The translations under genes were made by a program, and so were the position numbers. From Flavobacteriales bacterium (lineage in GTDB: Bacteria > Bacteroidota > Bacteroidia > Palsa-965): DNA of 64,000 bases. Positions 51,650-60,030 of the stretch are shown here, one piece after another (position 1 is the stretch's first letter; every line of letters starts with the position of its first letter). The stretch spans positions 135,942 through 199,941 of the forward strand of contig JBEIPA010000009.1 in the NCBI GenBank assembly GCA_040377305.1, in the 5' to 3' direction. Under the pieces are notes generated by a model, which worked only from the letters and a program-made list of their open reading frames with translations, ran no database searches and had not been told where the DNA came from.

Positions 51650-53281
51650 ATGTCACAGACTACCGAAAAAACGAAGCAGCTCTCAGCCGAAGAAAAGTTT
51701 AAAAACATCATTTCCCACTCGAAGGAATACGGATTCATTTTCCAGTCGAGTGAGATTTATGGAAATGGGCTCAGCGCTGTTTACGATTATGGTCAGTATG
51801 GTGCGGAACTCAAAAAGAACATCCGCGAATACTGGTGGAAGTCTATGGTTCAGATGCACGACAACATTGTGGGAATCGATGCAGCAATTTTCATGCATCC
51901 TACAACGTGGAAAGCTTCCGGTCACGTCGACGCGTTCAACGATCCGCTGATCGACAACAAAGATTCCAAGAAACGTTACCGCGCTGATGTACTTGTTGAA
52001 GATGCAATGGCGAAAGTCGAAGACAAAATCAACAAGGAAGTGGAGAAGGCGGCGAAACGTTTCGGTGAAACATTCGATGCGGCGATGTACAAGTCTACGA
52101 ATCCGCGTGTGATGGAATACCAGAAGAAGATCGACGACACTAATGCACGTTTCAAAACAGCATTGGAGAACGACGATATGGCTGACTTGAAACAGCTGAT
52201 TATCGATCTCGAGATTGCATGTCCGATTTCCGGCACGCGCAACTGGACAGATGTTCGTCAGTTCAATCTCATGTTCGCTACGCAACTCGGTTCAGTTGCT
52301 GAAGAATCAGATACAATTTATCTCCGTCCGGAAACGGCACAAGGAATTTTCGTGAACTTTCTCAATGTGCAGAAAACAGGAAGAATGAAAATTCCTTTCG
52401 GTATTGCACAGACGGGAAAAGCGTTCCGTAACGAAATTGTTGCGCGCCAATTCATTTTCCGTATGCGCGAATTCGAGCAAATGGAGATGCAATTCTTCAT
52501 TCGTCCAGGAACAGAAGACGAGTGGTACGAGAAGTGGAAAGCAACACGCATGAAGTGGCACCAGACTTTAGGATTCCCCGAATCAAAACATCGTTTCCAC
52601 GATCACATCAAGCTCGCGCATTACGCAAAGGCAGCTTGCGATATAGAATTTGAATTTCCATTCGGATTCAAAGAGCTGGAAGGAATTCACTCGCGCGGCG
52701 ATTTCGATTTGCGTCAGCACGAAGAACATTCCGGAAAAAAACTGCAGTACTTCGATACAGAGTACACAGGACCGGTAAATTCCAAAGTTGCAAAAACGCA
52801 AACAGCTGAAGACTGGAAAGACAATCACAGTTATGTTCCGTATGTAATCGAAACGTCAATTGGTCTCGATCGAATGTTTCTGGCAACGATGTCACAGGCG
52901 TATGCGATTGAAACATTGGAAGACGGATCTGAGCGTACGGTGCTGAATCTTCCTCCATTCCTGGCGCCAATTAAAGCAGCTATTCTTCCATTGGTGAACA
53001 AAGATGGACTTCCTGAAAAAGCATCGGAGATCGTGGATATGCTGAAGTTCCATCACATCGTTACTTCAGAAGACAAAGACACAATCGGAAAACGTTATCG
53101 CCGTCAGGATGCAATCGGAACTCCGTATTGCATTACTGTCGATCACCAGTCCCTGGAAGACAATACGGTGACTATTCGCGAACGCGACACGATGAAACAG
53201 GAGCGGGTTGCAATTGATCAGCTTGCTTCAATCATTGAGCAGAAAGTAAGCATGAAGGCTGCCCTGATGAAACAGAGATAA
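51650..53281 (+). CDS. glyQS: Glycine--tRNA ligase, alpha2 type
   Basis: YDYGQYG, WKASGHV, LRPETAQGIF, FRMREFEQME, IGKRYRRQDAIGTP; TATCTTTG at 51638-51645. Confidence 0.96.
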   Translation: MSQTTEKTKQLSAEEKFKNIISHSKEYGFIFQSSEIYGNGLSAVYDYGQYGAELKKNIREYWWKSMVQMHDNIVGIDAAIFMHPTTWKASGHVDAFNDPLIDNKDSKKRYRADVLVEDAMAKVEDKINKEVEKAAKRFGETFDAAMYKSTNPRVMEYQKKIDDTNARFKTALENDDMADLKQLIIDLEIACPISGTRNWTDVRQFNLMFATQLGSVAEESDTIYLRPETAQGIFVNFLNVQKTGRMKIPFGIAQTGKAFRNEIVARQFIFRMREFEQMEMQFFIRPGTEDEWYEKWKATRMKWHQTLGFPESKHRFHDHIKLAHYAKAACDIEFEFPFGFKELEGIHSRGDFDLRQHEEHSGKKLQYFDTEYTGPVNSKVAKTQTAEDWKDNHSYVPYVIETSIGLDRMFLATMSQAYAIETLEDGSERTVLNLPPFLAPIKAAILPLVNKDGLPEKASEIVDMLKFHHIVTSEDKDTIGKRYRRQDAIGTPYCITVDHQSLEDNTVTIRERDTMKQERVAIDQLASIIEQKVSMKAALMKQR

Positions 53282-53285
53282 TTAG

Positions 53286-53373
53286 TCCCGATAACTATCG
53301 GGATGAGATTTGAAGATTCTGTTGGTGTTAGCTGCCAGCAAATATTGATTTTTCGAATCTTCAAATCTTCGAA
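53286..53373. repeat. Short palindrome plus octamer-period arms
   Basis: TCCCGATA-AC-TATCGGGA at 53286-53303; ATTTGAAGATT ... AATCTTCAAATCTTCGAAT. Confidence 0.55.
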
Positions 53374-53374
53374 T

Positions 53375-53418
53375 AAAACAAAAGCCCCGTCAGCTTTCGC
53401 TGCGGGGCTTTTGTTTTG
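53375..53418. terminator. Bidirectional intrinsic terminator
   Basis: AAAACAAAAGCCCCG...CGGGGCTTTTGTTTT between convergent genes. Confidence 0.8.
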
Positions 53419-53490
53419 ATTTACCACCCGGAATCCAACACGCACCTTTCCCTACCTAAGTGTGCCGGATTCCGGAGTGGCTACCACCCA

Positions 53491-53985
53491 TTAGTCTTCC
53501 TTATAGAAAGTCTTGTCGTCGTCTTTGTTGAAGAAGAACGTGAGTTCCATATTTTTCTTCACAAACGCTTTGAGTTCTTCTGAAGTTGTGAATTCATCCG
53601 TGATGTTGTCTGTCACTGCTTTGAACTTCACACGGTCTTCACTTTTCTTCTCCATCTTGTAAAGCATGTACGACTTTTCTGAATCGTAATCCTGCTCATA
53701 TACATTCAGGAACTGCGTGCCACCTACATCCGACAGGAATCCGATATACACTGTTGGCTCTGCTTCCGCATCATCATTACTTTTTTTCGTGATGCGATAC
53801 TGGTTGCCGTCCAACTCACACTTCCATGAGTAATCTTCCGAATCTTTTTCTTCCCATTTTCCAACGAGGTCTTTGTCAATTTTTGCTTTGTCTACAGAGT
53901 CCAAAGGAAGTTTTGACTCATAAGGACAGCCCATGAACACAAGGCTTAGTGTTCCGAAGAGGGCGATGATGCTTAACGTTTTCAT
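53491..53985 (-). CDS. Hypothetical lipoprotein
   Basis: MKTLSIIALFGTLSLVFMG-C lipobox; LVGKWE. Confidence 0.75.
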   Translation of the reverse strand: MKTLSIIALFGTLSLVFMGCPYESKLPLDSVDKAKIDKDLVGKWEEKDSEDYSWKCELDGNQYRITKKSNDDAEAEPTVYIGFLSDVGGTQFLNVYEQDYDSEKSYMLYKMEKKSEDRVKFKAVTDNITDEFTTSEELKAFVKKNMELTFFFNKDDDKTFYKED

Positions 53986-54092
53986 GAGTGATGGTTTTAG
54001 GTTTAAAGTTTTAATGCGTTTTGTGATTAGGGTATTTCACAAGTTGTGCCAAAGCGTGCCAAACTATTTCAATTACCACTAAAGTGTGAGGC

Positions 54093-54124
54093 AAAAAAAA
54101 CGGGCAGACTTGAAGTCTGCCCGC
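54093..54124 (-). terminator. Intrinsic terminator
   Basis: A-run followed by CGGGCAGACTT-G-AAGTCTGCCCG. Confidence 0.75.
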
Positions 54125-54148
54125 AGGATGAGTTCACGTATTGATTGT

Positions 54149-55147
54149 CTAATGTACGGAAAGCGCACGGGTTGAACTACCGTTCATTCCTGTAACGGTT
54201 ACAAAGTATAGTCCCGTTTCGTATCCCGATAAATTAAGTGTGTACGTAGTACTACTTACTGCAGTGTTTTCCATTACAATTCTGCCAATGGCATCGGTTA
54301 CCATCACGCTGCTATTTGAATTCCAAAGTCGAATCGTGCAGTACTCGTTGGCGGGATTCGGATACATGGAGAATGTTGTTTTTTCAATGTGGTTAATTCC
54401 AACGGTCGCAAGATTGGTGAAGAAGTAAATGGTGCTGTCGCCGGGAACGCCGTTCAAGGTTGTGTAGTTCGCCACACCCGTTTCAGTGGTTGGTGTGCCA
54501 CTCACATACATTCCAGATTGCAATGCATACACGTTTGGCACCATGTAGTATTCAGCAATTCCAATGGTAGGTCCATCTGATCCACCAAGACTAATATCTT
54601 CAATAAATGAAGTGCCGATGTGAACTTCAACATCGCCGGTGAATTCATGAATCCAGATCTGGAAGTTTACGAAGTTGGTCATCAGCGCAGACGTGTCTTC
54701 ATAGAAACCGGAATTTCTCCACTCGATCTTCAGGATTTGTGCGCCGGGATTACCGATAACTTCCATTAAAATAGGAGACATATTATTTCCGCGAGACATC
54801 AGATCGCCTGTTCCGTTCATGGAAATAAATTCGCCGAAGCCCATGATCGCGTGAAGTGTATCATCCACATCCCATGGCTCTAGTCCGGTCCAATCGTGAT
54901 AAAGAATAAGTTCACCGTTTGTTTCCACGAGACATGAGTCATACCACACGCCGTATGAATTCACGGGAAAAGGAAGACCGATGCGGATGTAATTATCGTC
55001 CCAGGAAGCCAAATCAACCGGATCTGTAATCGTATCTGCATTCGCGGACAGTTGAATGTATTGTCCGGAAGATTCACTGAATGTGTATTGTGCCGCAAGC
55101 TGCAAACAGGCTGCAACAGCGGTAACTGCTAGTAGAATTTTTTTCAT
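54149..55147 (-). CDS. T9SS type A cargo protein
   Basis: Start at MKKILLAV (signal peptide); LKIEWRNSGF, VNFQIWI; CTD begins MYPNPA. TAACTTTG on the minus strand at 55177-55184. Confidence 0.85.
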   Translation of the reverse strand: MKKILLAVTAVAACLQLAAQYTFSESSGQYIQLSANADTITDPVDLASWDDNYIRIGLPFPVNSYGVWYDSCLVETNGELILYHDWTGLEPWDVDDTLHAIMGFGEFISMNGTGDLMSRGNNMSPILMEVIGNPGAQILKIEWRNSGFYEDTSALMTNFVNFQIWIHEFTGDVEVHIGTSFIEDISLGGSDGPTIGIAEYYMVPNVYALQSGMYVSGTPTTETGVANYTTLNGVPGDSTIYFFTNLATVGINHIEKTTFSMYPNPANEYCTIRLWNSNSSVMVTDAIGRIVMENTAVSSTTYTLNLSGYETGLYFVTVTGMNGSSTRALSVH

Positions 55148-55266
55148 TTTGGGTAAAGCGGTTTTGTAAGAAGACGCAAAGTTACCTGAAAAGTGGGCTG
55201 CCGTGTAACCTGAAAATGATGCGTTGCGTGCTGAATTTTGTTGTTTCGCGGACGGCGTTCCGCAAC

Positions 55267-55298
55267 CAAATGTCAAACGCCAAATGTTCAATGTTCAA
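55267..55298. repeat. Upstream arm B of the four-helix-bundle element
   Basis: CAAATGTCAAACGCCAAATGTTCAATGTTCA, identical to the arm at 55838, 55969 and 56100 and to the first 27 nt at 56231. Confidence 0.92.
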
Positions 55299-55311
55299 CC
55301 AATTATTATAG

Positions 55312-55355
55312 TTAACGTAAACTAATAGTTTATATATTTGCACTATTAACGTAAC
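55312..55355 (+). promoter_or_regulatory. Promoter of the four-helix-bundle gene with flanking short repeats
   Basis: TATATTTG at 55333-55340, bracketed by inverted TAATAGT/ACTATTA and by a direct repeat TTAACGTAA (55312, 55346). Confidence 0.55.
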
Positions 55356-55365
55356 ATTTAACAAT

Positions 55366-55764
55366 ATGAAAGAAGCACAAACAAATTCAGGAAATGATAG
55401 AAAGTTCGACCTGGATGAAAGACTGATTGATTTCTCGGTTATGGTGATCAACACGCTGGAAAAATTGCCAAATACAAAAGCCGCGAATCATCTAGGTGGC
55501 CAGGCAATCCGAAGTAGCTGTTCTCCGAGTTTGAACTACGGAGAAGCGACAGAAGCTGAATCCAGAAACGATTTCATTCACAAAATGGGGATTTGTAGAA
55601 AGGAGCTCGGTGAAACCAAAAATGCACTTAAGATTCTAATCCGTAAACCCTACAAGGAGATTCTTCCGGACGGTGAAAAAGCATTGAAAGAATGTCTGGA
55701 ACTCATTCGGATTTTTTCAAAAAGCATTGATACAGCGAAAAAGAATCGCGACGCAAAAAAGTGA
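55366..55764 (+). CDS. Four-helix-bundle protein (23S rRNA IVP / TIGR02436-like; bAvd-related fold)
   Basis: DLDERLIDFS, LP...LGGQAIRSSCSPSLNYGEA...ESRNDFIHKMGICRKELGET...ECLELIRIF. Confidence 0.9.
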   Translation: MKEAQTNSGNDRKFDLDERLIDFSVMVINTLEKLPNTKAANHLGGQAIRSSCSPSLNYGEATEAESRNDFIHKMGICRKELGETKNALKILIRKPYKEILPDGEKALKECLELIRIFSKSIDTAKKNRDAKK

Positions 55765-55771
55765 TCATGGT

Positions 55772-56257
55772 TAATTGTGCGTTTGGCGTTGAACATTAAT
55801 TCCTTGGAGTTGTAGTTAGCCGAAGTGGAGTCAACATCAAATGTCAAACGCCAAATGTTCAATGTTCATAGACTTGTAGAAACTCTTATCGTTGAATATT
55901 GATAATTGTGCGTTTTGCGTTGAGCATTAATTCCCTGCGGTTGTGACTAGCAGCGGTGGAGTCAACATCAAATGTCAAACGCCAAATGTTCAATGTTCAT
56001 TGGGATTTAGAAGCTCTTATCGTTGAATATTGATAATTGTGCGTTTGGCGTTGAGCATTGATTCCCTTCGGTTGTGAGTAGCAGCGGTGGAGTCAACATC
56101 AAATGTCAAACGCCAAATGTTCAATGTTCATTGGGATTTAGAAGCTCTTATCGTTGAGTATTGATAATTGTGCGTTTTGCGTTGAGCATTAATTTCCTGC
56201 GGTTGTGAGTAGCAGCGGTGGAGTCAACATCAAATGTCAAACGCCAAATGTTCAATG
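55772..56257 (+). repeat. Tandem array of about 3.7 copies of a 131-bp unit, each with two inverted heptamer-built arms
   Basis: Units start at 55772, 55903, 56034 and 56165 (period exactly 131). Arm A is TTGAATA-TTGATAA-TTGTGCG-TTTGGCG-TTGAGCA; arm B is AATGTCA-AACGCCA-AATGTTC-AATGTTC. Confidence 0.95.
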
Positions 56258-56271
56258 ACCAACCGGGAAAG

Positions 56272-56303
56272 AAAAAGCACCGGTTTCCCCACCGGTGCTT
56301 TTT
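56272..56303. terminator. Intrinsic terminator closing the gene-plus-array unit
   Basis: Perfect 13-bp inverted repeat AAAAAGCACCGGT-TTCCCC-ACCGGTGCTTTTT. Confidence 0.8.
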
Positions 56304-56525
56304 GCAGAATAAGGTGTGTTGAGCAGCCCTTTTTCTGTGCTGATGTCTCCACAGAAATAAATCTGTACAAAACCCATTGGATGAACCAGCGATACAAATG
56401 TATAGACCGTGTTCTACCTGATTTAACACAATTCTAGCTGAACATTTGCAGAATTTGATTGAATTCCTTGATAAAAACACGTTATTCGATTAATATTGCG
56501 TTAATATCAACTTGATCTTGACCAA

Positions 56526-57407
56526 ATGAAGGCTCTTCCATTTAAGATTCCAGTGGCAGGCAGCGAATCCGTTGTCGTGGAGGAAGACATTCAGCCACAC
56601 TTTTATACTTACCTGCATCAGCACGAAGAGGTTCAGCTCACCTGGATTCTGAAAGGTGAAGGAACATTGCTTGCAGGAAATTACACGGGCAATTTTGGTT
56701 CCGGAGATATATACTGGTTCGGTCCGAATCAGCCGCATGTGTTTCGTTGCGATCCGGTTTACTTCCAGAATAAAAACTGGCTGAAGGCACAATCCATTTC
56801 TGTTTTCTTTCGTGTTGATGAAGTAGAGAAGGGCGGACTGCTTTCTCTGCCGGAATTATCCGACCTCCGGAAATTTTCTGTGCGAAGTGGTGGCGGTTAT
56901 CGCATCGAACCGGAACATTACGTTGCGCTCACAGAAGCATTTCTGAAAGTACGCGTGCAGCATGGACTCGCGCGTCTCACAGCGTTTATGCAAATGATTG
57001 ATCAGGTTCTCAATCACAGCAAACACGTTGCATTGTCGGATGAGCCGATTGGTTCGCAGATGTCGGAGAAAGAAGGATCGCGCATGCATTCGATCTTCGA
57101 TTATACGCTGAAGAATTTTCAGAAAAACATTTCGGTAACCGATGCTTCAGATGTGGTGCACATGACTCCGGAAGCATTCTGCCGCTTTTTCAAAAAGCAC
57201 ACACGCAAAACATTTGTGACTTTTCTCAACGAAGTTCGCGTGGAAAACGCGTGTCGCAAATTAAAAAGCGGAGACGACAAGCTCGTTGCTGAAATTGCTT
57301 ACGCCTGTGGATTCGGAAACGTATCGCACTTCAATCGCGTGTTCAGAAAAGTAACCGGAAAAACTCCGAAAGCCTATCAGCAGTCGCAGCTGGCAAGGAT
57401 GCGTTAA
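56526..57407 (+). CDS. AraC family regulator with a cupin sensor domain
   Basis: HQHEEVQL, NQPHVF; AFCRFFKK, IAYACGFGNVSHFNRVFRK. Confidence 0.93.
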   Translation: MKALPFKIPVAGSESVVVEEDIQPHFYTYLHQHEEVQLTWILKGEGTLLAGNYTGNFGSGDIYWFGPNQPHVFRCDPVYFQNKNWLKAQSISVFFRVDEVEKGGLLSLPELSDLRKFSVRSGGGYRIEPEHYVALTEAFLKVRVQHGLARLTAFMQMIDQVLNHSKHVALSDEPIGSQMSEKEGSRMHSIFDYTLKNFQKNISVTDASDVVHMTPEAFCRFFKKHTRKTFVTFLNEVRVENACRKLKSGDDKLVAEIAYACGFGNVSHFNRVFRKVTGKTPKAYQQSQLARMR

Positions 57408-57499
57408 CTAATTAGCTGATTTCTGATTTTTAATTAGCTGATGGATTCTGGAAATTAACTACTAGCTCAATCAGAAATCAGAAATTGAAAATCAGCTAA
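57408..57499. repeat. Inverted heptamer arms (TTTCTGA/TCAGAAA) between convergent genes
   Basis: ATTAGCTGATTTCTGATTTTT ... AATCAGAAATCAGAAATTGAAAATCAGCTAAT. Confidence 0.7.
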
Positions 57500-58057
57500 T
57501 CACTTTCCGTTATAGTTCGTCATCGTCAACCCCACCCCAATCGTTGCAAACGCTTTCACTGCTTCACAACATTTTGCGATTCTTTCTGTGAGCGCTTTCG
57601 ATTCATCGGCGCTCCATTTACCGAGCACATAATCCGATTGTTTTCCTTTTGAAAATTCGTTGCCAACGCCAAAACGTAAACGCGGATATTCTCCGGTGCC
57701 AATAATTTCCTGGATGCTTTTCAATCCGTTGTGTCCACCATCGCTTCCTTTTGCTTTGATGCGTATGGTTCCGAATGGCAACGCAATATCGTCGGTAATC
57801 ACCATCAGATTCTCCACCGGAATTTTTTCTGCCTGCAACCAATACTGCACAGCTTTTCCACTGAGATTCATGTAAGTTGTTGGCTTGATGATGACGAAAA
57901 TTCTTCCTTTGAATTTCATCTCCGCCACAAACGCATGCCGGTCCTGCTTAAACTTCGCGTCGCCCGCAAGTGCATCTGCAACACTGAATCCAATGTTGTG
58001 TCGCGTGTTTGCGTATTCGTCTCCGATGTTGCCTAAGCCAGCGATGAGGTATTTCAC
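57500..58057 (-). CDS. pth: Peptidyl-tRNA hydrolase
   Basis: GLGNIG, TRHNIGF, KPTTYMNLSG, GGHNGLKSI, RLRFGVG. Confidence 0.97.
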   Translation of the reverse strand: MKYLIAGLGNIGDEYANTRHNIGFSVADALAGDAKFKQDRHAFVAEMKFKGRIFVIIKPTTYMNLSGKAVQYWLQAEKIPVENLMVITDDIALPFGTIRIKAKGSDGGHNGLKSIQEIIGTGEYPRLRFGVGNEFSKGKQSDYVLGKWSADESKALTERIAKCCEAVKAFATIGVGLTMTNYNGK

Positions 58058-58080
58058 GGAGTAAAAGTAATTAAGTTTTT

Positions 58081-58128
58081 AAGTAGCTAAGTAGGCAAGT
58101 CAGAGCCGACTTGCCTACTTAGCTACTT
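58081..58128. repeat. Perfect 21-bp inverted repeat with octamer period
   Basis: AAGTAGCT-AAGTAGGC-AAGTC, 6-nt loop, GACTT-GCCTACTT-AGCTACTT. Confidence 0.85.
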
Positions 58129-58148
58129 ACTACTTCTAAACGTGGCCA

Positions 58149-58183
58149 CAAAAAAAGACCGTCTCGCTTTCGCGGACGGTCTT
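58149..58183 (-). terminator. Terminator after rplY
   Basis: A-run followed by GACCGTC...GACGGTC. Confidence 0.75.
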
Positions 58184-58202
58184 TCGTGTATGGAAAGATG
58201 AC

Positions 58203-58841
58203 TTACTTCTTCTTGTCGTCTTTTGCTGCTGCTGCCGGAGCCGCTGCTGCTGCACCCGCTGCCGGAGCTGCTGCAGTTTTTGAAGGCTCTTCTTCAACGT
58301 TACGTGTTACCTGACAAGTTACGATTGTTGAGCTCGCCGGTGTAAGGAAAGTCAAACCATCATACTTCAGATCGCGCACTGTAACTGCATCACTGATGTT
58401 CATTGTTGAAATGTCGACCGTGATTGCCTCAGGCATTTTGTCGATTGGACCTTTTACAGAAACGCGACGAAGCTTCTTCAAAAGCTTTCCGCCCGCTTTT
58501 ACACCAGGTGCTGTTCCCGTAGTACGGATAGGCAAGTTAACTGTAACAGGTTTGCCTGATACTACTTCGACAAAATCGGCGTGGATGATTTTGTCAGTAA
58601 CAGGATGCGTCTGCATGTCCTGAAGGATGGCTGTGTAAGTTTTGCCGTCCAGGTCGAGATTTACTGTGTTGATGTCTGGTGTGTACACCAGGTGCTTGAA
58701 CTGTTTCTCGTCTACTGAGAAAGAAACCTGTTCAGCTCCACCGTAAAGCACGCAAGGAACTTTTCCTTCAGTACGCAGTTTCTTCGCATCTTTTTTCCCT
58801 ACGCTCACTCGTGGTGAACCGCTCATAGATACTGATTTCAT
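58203..58841 (-). CDS. rplY: 50S ribosomal protein bL25 / Ctc
   Basis: GKKDAKKLR..GKVPCVLYG, QTHPVTDKIIHADF, GVKAGG; lies in prs-rplY-pth order. Confidence 0.95.
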   Translation of the reverse strand: MKSVSMSGSPRVSVGKKDAKKLRTEGKVPCVLYGGAEQVSFSVDEKQFKHLVYTPDINTVNLDLDGKTYTAILQDMQTHPVTDKIIHADFVEVVSGKPVTVNLPIRTTGTAPGVKAGGKLLKKLRRVSVKGPIDKMPEAITVDISTMNISDAVTVRDLKYDGLTFLTPASSTIVTCQVTRNVEEEPSKTAAAPAAGAAAAAPAAAAKDDKKK

Positions 58842-58877
58842 GGTACTGTTGTTTTTGGTTTATGATTAATTGAAAAA

Positions 58878-59810
58878 TTACATGATAAAATGCGAGCTGA
58901 TTGATTCATGTTCAACTACACGATGGAATACATCGGCGAACATGTTTGCAACCGACAACACCTTGATCTTCGAAGACTGTTGCTTCAAAGGAATGGTGTC
59001 TGTTACAATCAACTCGGTGATTCTTGATTTCTCAATATGCTCGTAAGCTTTTCCTGAGAGAATCGGGTGTGTAATGAGTGCGCGAACACTTGCTGCTCCG
59101 CGATCCATCATCATATCTGCCGCTTTGCAAAGCGTGCCTCCGGTGTCGATGATATCATCAACAAGAACAATGTTGCGTCCTTCAATTTCACCAATTGCAG
59201 TAATGCTGTCGACAACGTTTGCTTTCGTGCGCTGCTTGTAACAGATCACGATTTCCGCACGCAAATGTTTTGCATACGCATTCGCACGTTTCGATCCGCC
59301 CATGTCGGGTGCAGCCATTGTAAGGTTTGGCAGCTTCAGGCTCTCAACGTACGGAATGAAAATCGTTGACGCGAACAAGTGATCAACAGGAACGTTGAAA
59401 AATCCCTGAATCTGGTCAGCGTGTAAATCCATTGTCATCACACGATTCACACCTGCAGCTGCAAGCATGTCTGCAACGAGCTTCGAGCCAATTGCAACAC
59501 GTGGCTGATCTTTTCTATCCTGACGGGAGAATCCATAATACGGAAGCACCGCAATAATTTCCTTTGCTGATGCGCGCTTGGCAGCATCAACCATCAAAAG
59601 CATTTCAAAAAGATTATCAGTAGGAGGTACAGTTGACTGCACTATAAACACAGTTGCACCCCGAACTGTTTCTTCGAGTGATGTCTGAAATTCACCGTCA
59701 CTGAATTTGTGAAGGATAGAATGGCCCAAACGTTGTCCATATCCCTTCGCGATTTCTTCAGCGAGATGACGGGTTGCAGTACCTGCGAATATTTTTACAA
59801 TTTCAGCCAT
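58878..59810 (-). CDS. prs: Ribose-phosphate pyrophosphokinase
   Basis: FSDGE, YYGFSRQDRK, DLHADQIQGFF, APDMGG, VDDIIDTGGT; TACATTTG at 59837-59844 on the minus strand. Confidence 0.97.
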   Translation of the reverse strand: MAEIVKIFAGTATRHLAEEIAKGYGQRLGHSILHKFSDGEFQTSLEETVRGATVFIVQSTVPPTDNLFEMLLMVDAAKRASAKEIIAVLPYYGFSRQDRKDQPRVAIGSKLVADMLAAAGVNRVMTMDLHADQIQGFFNVPVDHLFASTIFIPYVESLKLPNLTMAAPDMGGSKRANAYAKHLRAEIVICYKQRTKANVVDSITAIGEIEGRNIVLVDDIIDTGGTLCKAADMMMDRGAASVRALITHPILSGKAYEHIEKSRITELIVTDTIPLKQQSSKIKVLSVANMFADVFHRVVEHESISSHFIM

Positions 59811-60030
59811 AATTCATTCCCTATGGAAATGGGCTGCAAATGTACGAATTAATCCCTGTTTTTGGACGAATTTCGGGCGAATGAACCGCAGCGAATAATC
59901 GCAAGTTTTGACCAGAATTACTCGATTTGTGACAACTTTTGAAGAGAAATCAGCTCTCGGAGTATGCTTTTTATCGATTTCGCTAAAAAAACGGCTGAAA
60001 CCTAAACGCGGGATGGTTGTAGATCCCGGA

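Noticed and set aside
55366-55764. Diversity-generating retroelement, or 23S rRNA intervening sequence
   Set aside because: No reverse transcriptase, no TR/VR pair with adenine-specific differences, and no rRNA sequence nearby.
55772-56257. CRISPR array interpretation of the 131-bp repeats
   Set aside because: The sequences between the conserved arms are near-identical between units rather than unique spacers, the period is too long, and there are no cas genes in the window.
55147-56480. Minus-strand ORFs containing NIWRLTF (55650-55862, 56148-56480, and the extension of 54149-55291)
   Set aside because: These are translations of the repeat arm. The T9SS gene has a clear signal-peptide start at 55147 with its own promoter motif.
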